Of a stretch of 64,000 nucleotides of DNA, positions 62,034 through 64,000 are shown piece by piece. Position numbers and translations under genes: made by a program. The stretch lies in assembly GCA_050014195.1 (NCBI GenBank), contig JBEKDT010000011.1:64001-128000 (forward strand). The letters run 5' to 3'. This DNA is from Desulfomonilia bacterium (GTDB taxonomy: Bacteria > Desulfobacterota > Desulfomonilia > UBA1062). Numbering within the stretch: position 1 is the stretch's first letter; each line of letters begins with the position of its first letter. The notes below the pieces were generated by a model, which made no database searches, was not told where the DNA came from, and saw only the letters and a program-made list of their open reading frames with translations.

Positions 62034-62456
62034 TTTTACATCACCCCGGGGTCAAGACATCGACTACAGCGCAAGAGATTACCCATGCTTAGTGCACTAT
62101 CCAACTCATCCTGGGACATGTCCCCATGCAGATTGAAACTGAAAGGGAGGATGTCCGGAATACGGAGATTCTGATACACTGCCTCTAATGCACCCATCAG
62201 ATTGGGCAGTGTTACATGATCCACAAAGGCCTCCATAATAATTCATACATAGTAATTGATCTTCATATCGGGGAAAATCCATTAAAACATTAAAATTTAC
62301 AGAAATTGCCTCTGCTGCGCAAAGACCAGTGATTTCAACATACAACATTAAATACAGAAATTCGTTGTAATTATTTGTTATTATTGATTATAAAACAGAT
62401 AAAACAAAGACCCTCGTCCCTTGACTTAGCCCTTATGGTTCTTATCATATAGGACA

Positions 62457-62527
62457 AGCCTTGGGATGTCATTTCAAAGGGATTATTCCCATAGACCCTC
62501 GCTTGAAATGTGCCCGAGGCTTTTTTA
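62457..62527 (+). ncRNA. Candidate small RNA or long terminator hairpin
   Basis: Interrupted rod AAGCCTTGGG..CATTTCAA..AGGG/CCCT..TTGAAATG..CCCGAGGCTT + T-tract, preceded by TTGACT-N16-TATCAT. Confidence 0.4.
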
Positions 62528-62578
62528 TATGGCTCTAAAAACCAGGTTATGAGAGAATTATTTACCTCATTTTCAGAA

Positions 62579-63316
62579 TCAGACAATAAGCCCGGTCTGA
62601 CCTACCACGCTCATGTACAGGACACTCTCACTGATACCGTCAAGGCCAAGGATCTCATTCACCTCATCATCAAAGAGCGCCCCCACCTGGCAGCTTCCAA
62701 GACCGATACTCGTGGCGGCAAGTGCGAGGTTCTGGGCCATATGCCCCACATCCAGATACACATACCGGTATGCACGTTGCTTGTATTTCCACTTGGACCT
62801 GTTGAATACTGCGGTCCAAATGATCACGATTGCAGCCTGGGCACACATGAGCTGTCCCAGCGCCGCCTGGGCAATGTGGGGCCGGAAATCACCTTTTTTC
62901 ATCTCCTCCACGGCATGGTGTCTGACATTATAATGGTATACTCCCTGATCAAGACCTTCCACCCTGTGAACAACGATATAGGTCTCGATGGGGTACAATC
63001 CTCCTGCAGAAGGTGCCGTACGGAATTCGAAGCCCATTTCCTTGCGCTGTATGCCGCTTGATGCCCATAGGAGGGCTGAAACGATATCCGGGCCGATGGG
63101 CACCTCAACGAAGCGGCGAAGACTCTTCCTTCTTAAGATCGCCTCATACAGACTCATGTCTCCACACTTTTGGGGTTTCTCAAGCACAACCTTTTTCGCA
63201 TCAAGATATTCCTTGTATGGATCGGGTTTTCTGTTCCAATCAATTGTACATTCAGGCATTCGCCAACGATCATACTTGGTTTCCTGCTGAAATCTCTCAC
63301 CGATCACTTTTCCCAT
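62579..63316 (-). CDS. SagB/ThcOx-family nitroreductase-like dehydrogenase
   Basis: RRKSLRRF, RTAPSAGGLYPIE, YRYVYLDVGH.AQN. Confidence 0.9.
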   Translation of the reverse strand: MGKVIGERFQQETKYDRWRMPECTIDWNRKPDPYKEYLDAKKVVLEKPQKCGDMSLYEAILRRKSLRRFVEVPIGPDIVSALLWASSGIQRKEMGFEFRTAPSAGGLYPIETYIVVHRVEGLDQGVYHYNVRHHAVEEMKKGDFRPHIAQAALGQLMCAQAAIVIIWTAVFNRSKWKYKQRAYRYVYLDVGHMAQNLALAATSIGLGSCQVGALFDDEVNEILGLDGISESVLYMSVVGQTGLIV

Positions 63317-63494
63317 GATACCTTTACCTCCCTATGAAAACATTGCGGTTAAGGATTTGGCTGATGCACCTTTGTTCATGAAGTATTACCTCATAATTTA
63401 AGTGCCTGAGAGGAAAAGTCAAAAAGTACCGCGAAGGACGCTGGAGATTTCTCCTAAAATTGTGTTGAACAATGCACCGGGAGAGGTTAATGGA

Positions 63495-63812
63495 TTACCC
63501 CTCCCGTCCGGATTTATAACCCTTGTTATAACGGGCATCAAGGATCTTCTTGGTGGTAGCGTTCTTTTTCTTGAGGATCTTGGAACCCCTGGTGATCTTG
63601 CATAGGCTGATCCTGTACCGTGAAGCTATGCTCCTTTGGGTATGGCCCTCATGAAGCTCCTTGAGGAGTTGCCATCTCAAGATAAGATCACGAAGCTCTT
63701 TCGGGGTAAAGATTTCCTCAAAGAATGTAATCATCTCACGGTAATCCGTGATTTCGGCAAATATCTTCTCAAGTTCATGCTCCGGGTCCGTACGAGGCCT
63801 GTTTGTCGACAT
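63495..63812 (-). CDS. TrpR/YerC-like repressor
   Basis: FTPKELRDLILRWQ...TQRSIA...SLCKITRGS. Confidence 0.85.
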   Translation of the reverse strand: MSTNRPRTDPEHELEKIFAEITDYREMITFFEEIFTPKELRDLILRWQLLKELHEGHTQRSIASRYRISLCKITRGSKILKKKNATTKKILDARYNKGYKSGREG

Positions 63813-64000
63813 GGTAAAGACGTAACCGAAAGGTAGCGGTGCTGTCAAAGATTTTTTATCATAGAGAACAACACTTGAGAGGGCCGGCAACTCTGGTATA
63901 GTGGATTCATAGAATAATACGATCAAGGACATTCATATGAGACTGATCTCATGGAACGTAAATGGTTTAAGGGCGGCCCTCAAAAACAACTTTCTGGAAC

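Overview
Chromosomal window from an anaerobic bacterium, probably Desulfobacterota/'Deltaproteobacteria'-like (inferred from gene content: tungstate ABC transporter, ETF/acyl-CoA dehydrogenase, PEP-CTERM protein, CIRCE-controlled groESL). The left part (1-16.1 kb) is housekeeping: pheA-hisC-tyrA-aroA-cmk, pcnB, yacG, TetR, groESL and a large acyl-CoA dehydratase activase fusion. The centre (16222-33255) is an accreted set of integrative elements at the 3' end of tRNA-Pro(CGG) (33232-33308, minus strand). It comprises a ~0.8 kb element carrying only a RelE/Phd toxin-antitoxin pair and a ~16 kb integrative mobilizable element. The large element encodes an atypical tyrosine integrase, a MOBQ TraA relaxase with oriT, its own VirD4-like coupling protein, Fic and DUF2958. 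Its AT-rich cargo looks like defence genes: two HEPN-motif proteins, an AbiGi-like protein followed by a degenerate attC, and a repeat/TerB_N-like/nuclease protein. The two elements use different tandem arm-type repeats, relic att ends occur internally (one inverted), and a structured leader is duplicated upstream of DUF2958 and the integrase. The right part (33.3-64 kb) is mostly core or metabolic. Oddities there are a kinase-less Hpt-CheW protein, a metallophosphoesterase-nucleotidyltransferase fusion, an amber-interrupted HEPN gene, a tupA remnant and a candidate ~75-nt sRNA. All calls come from reading motifs by eye; no database searches were run.
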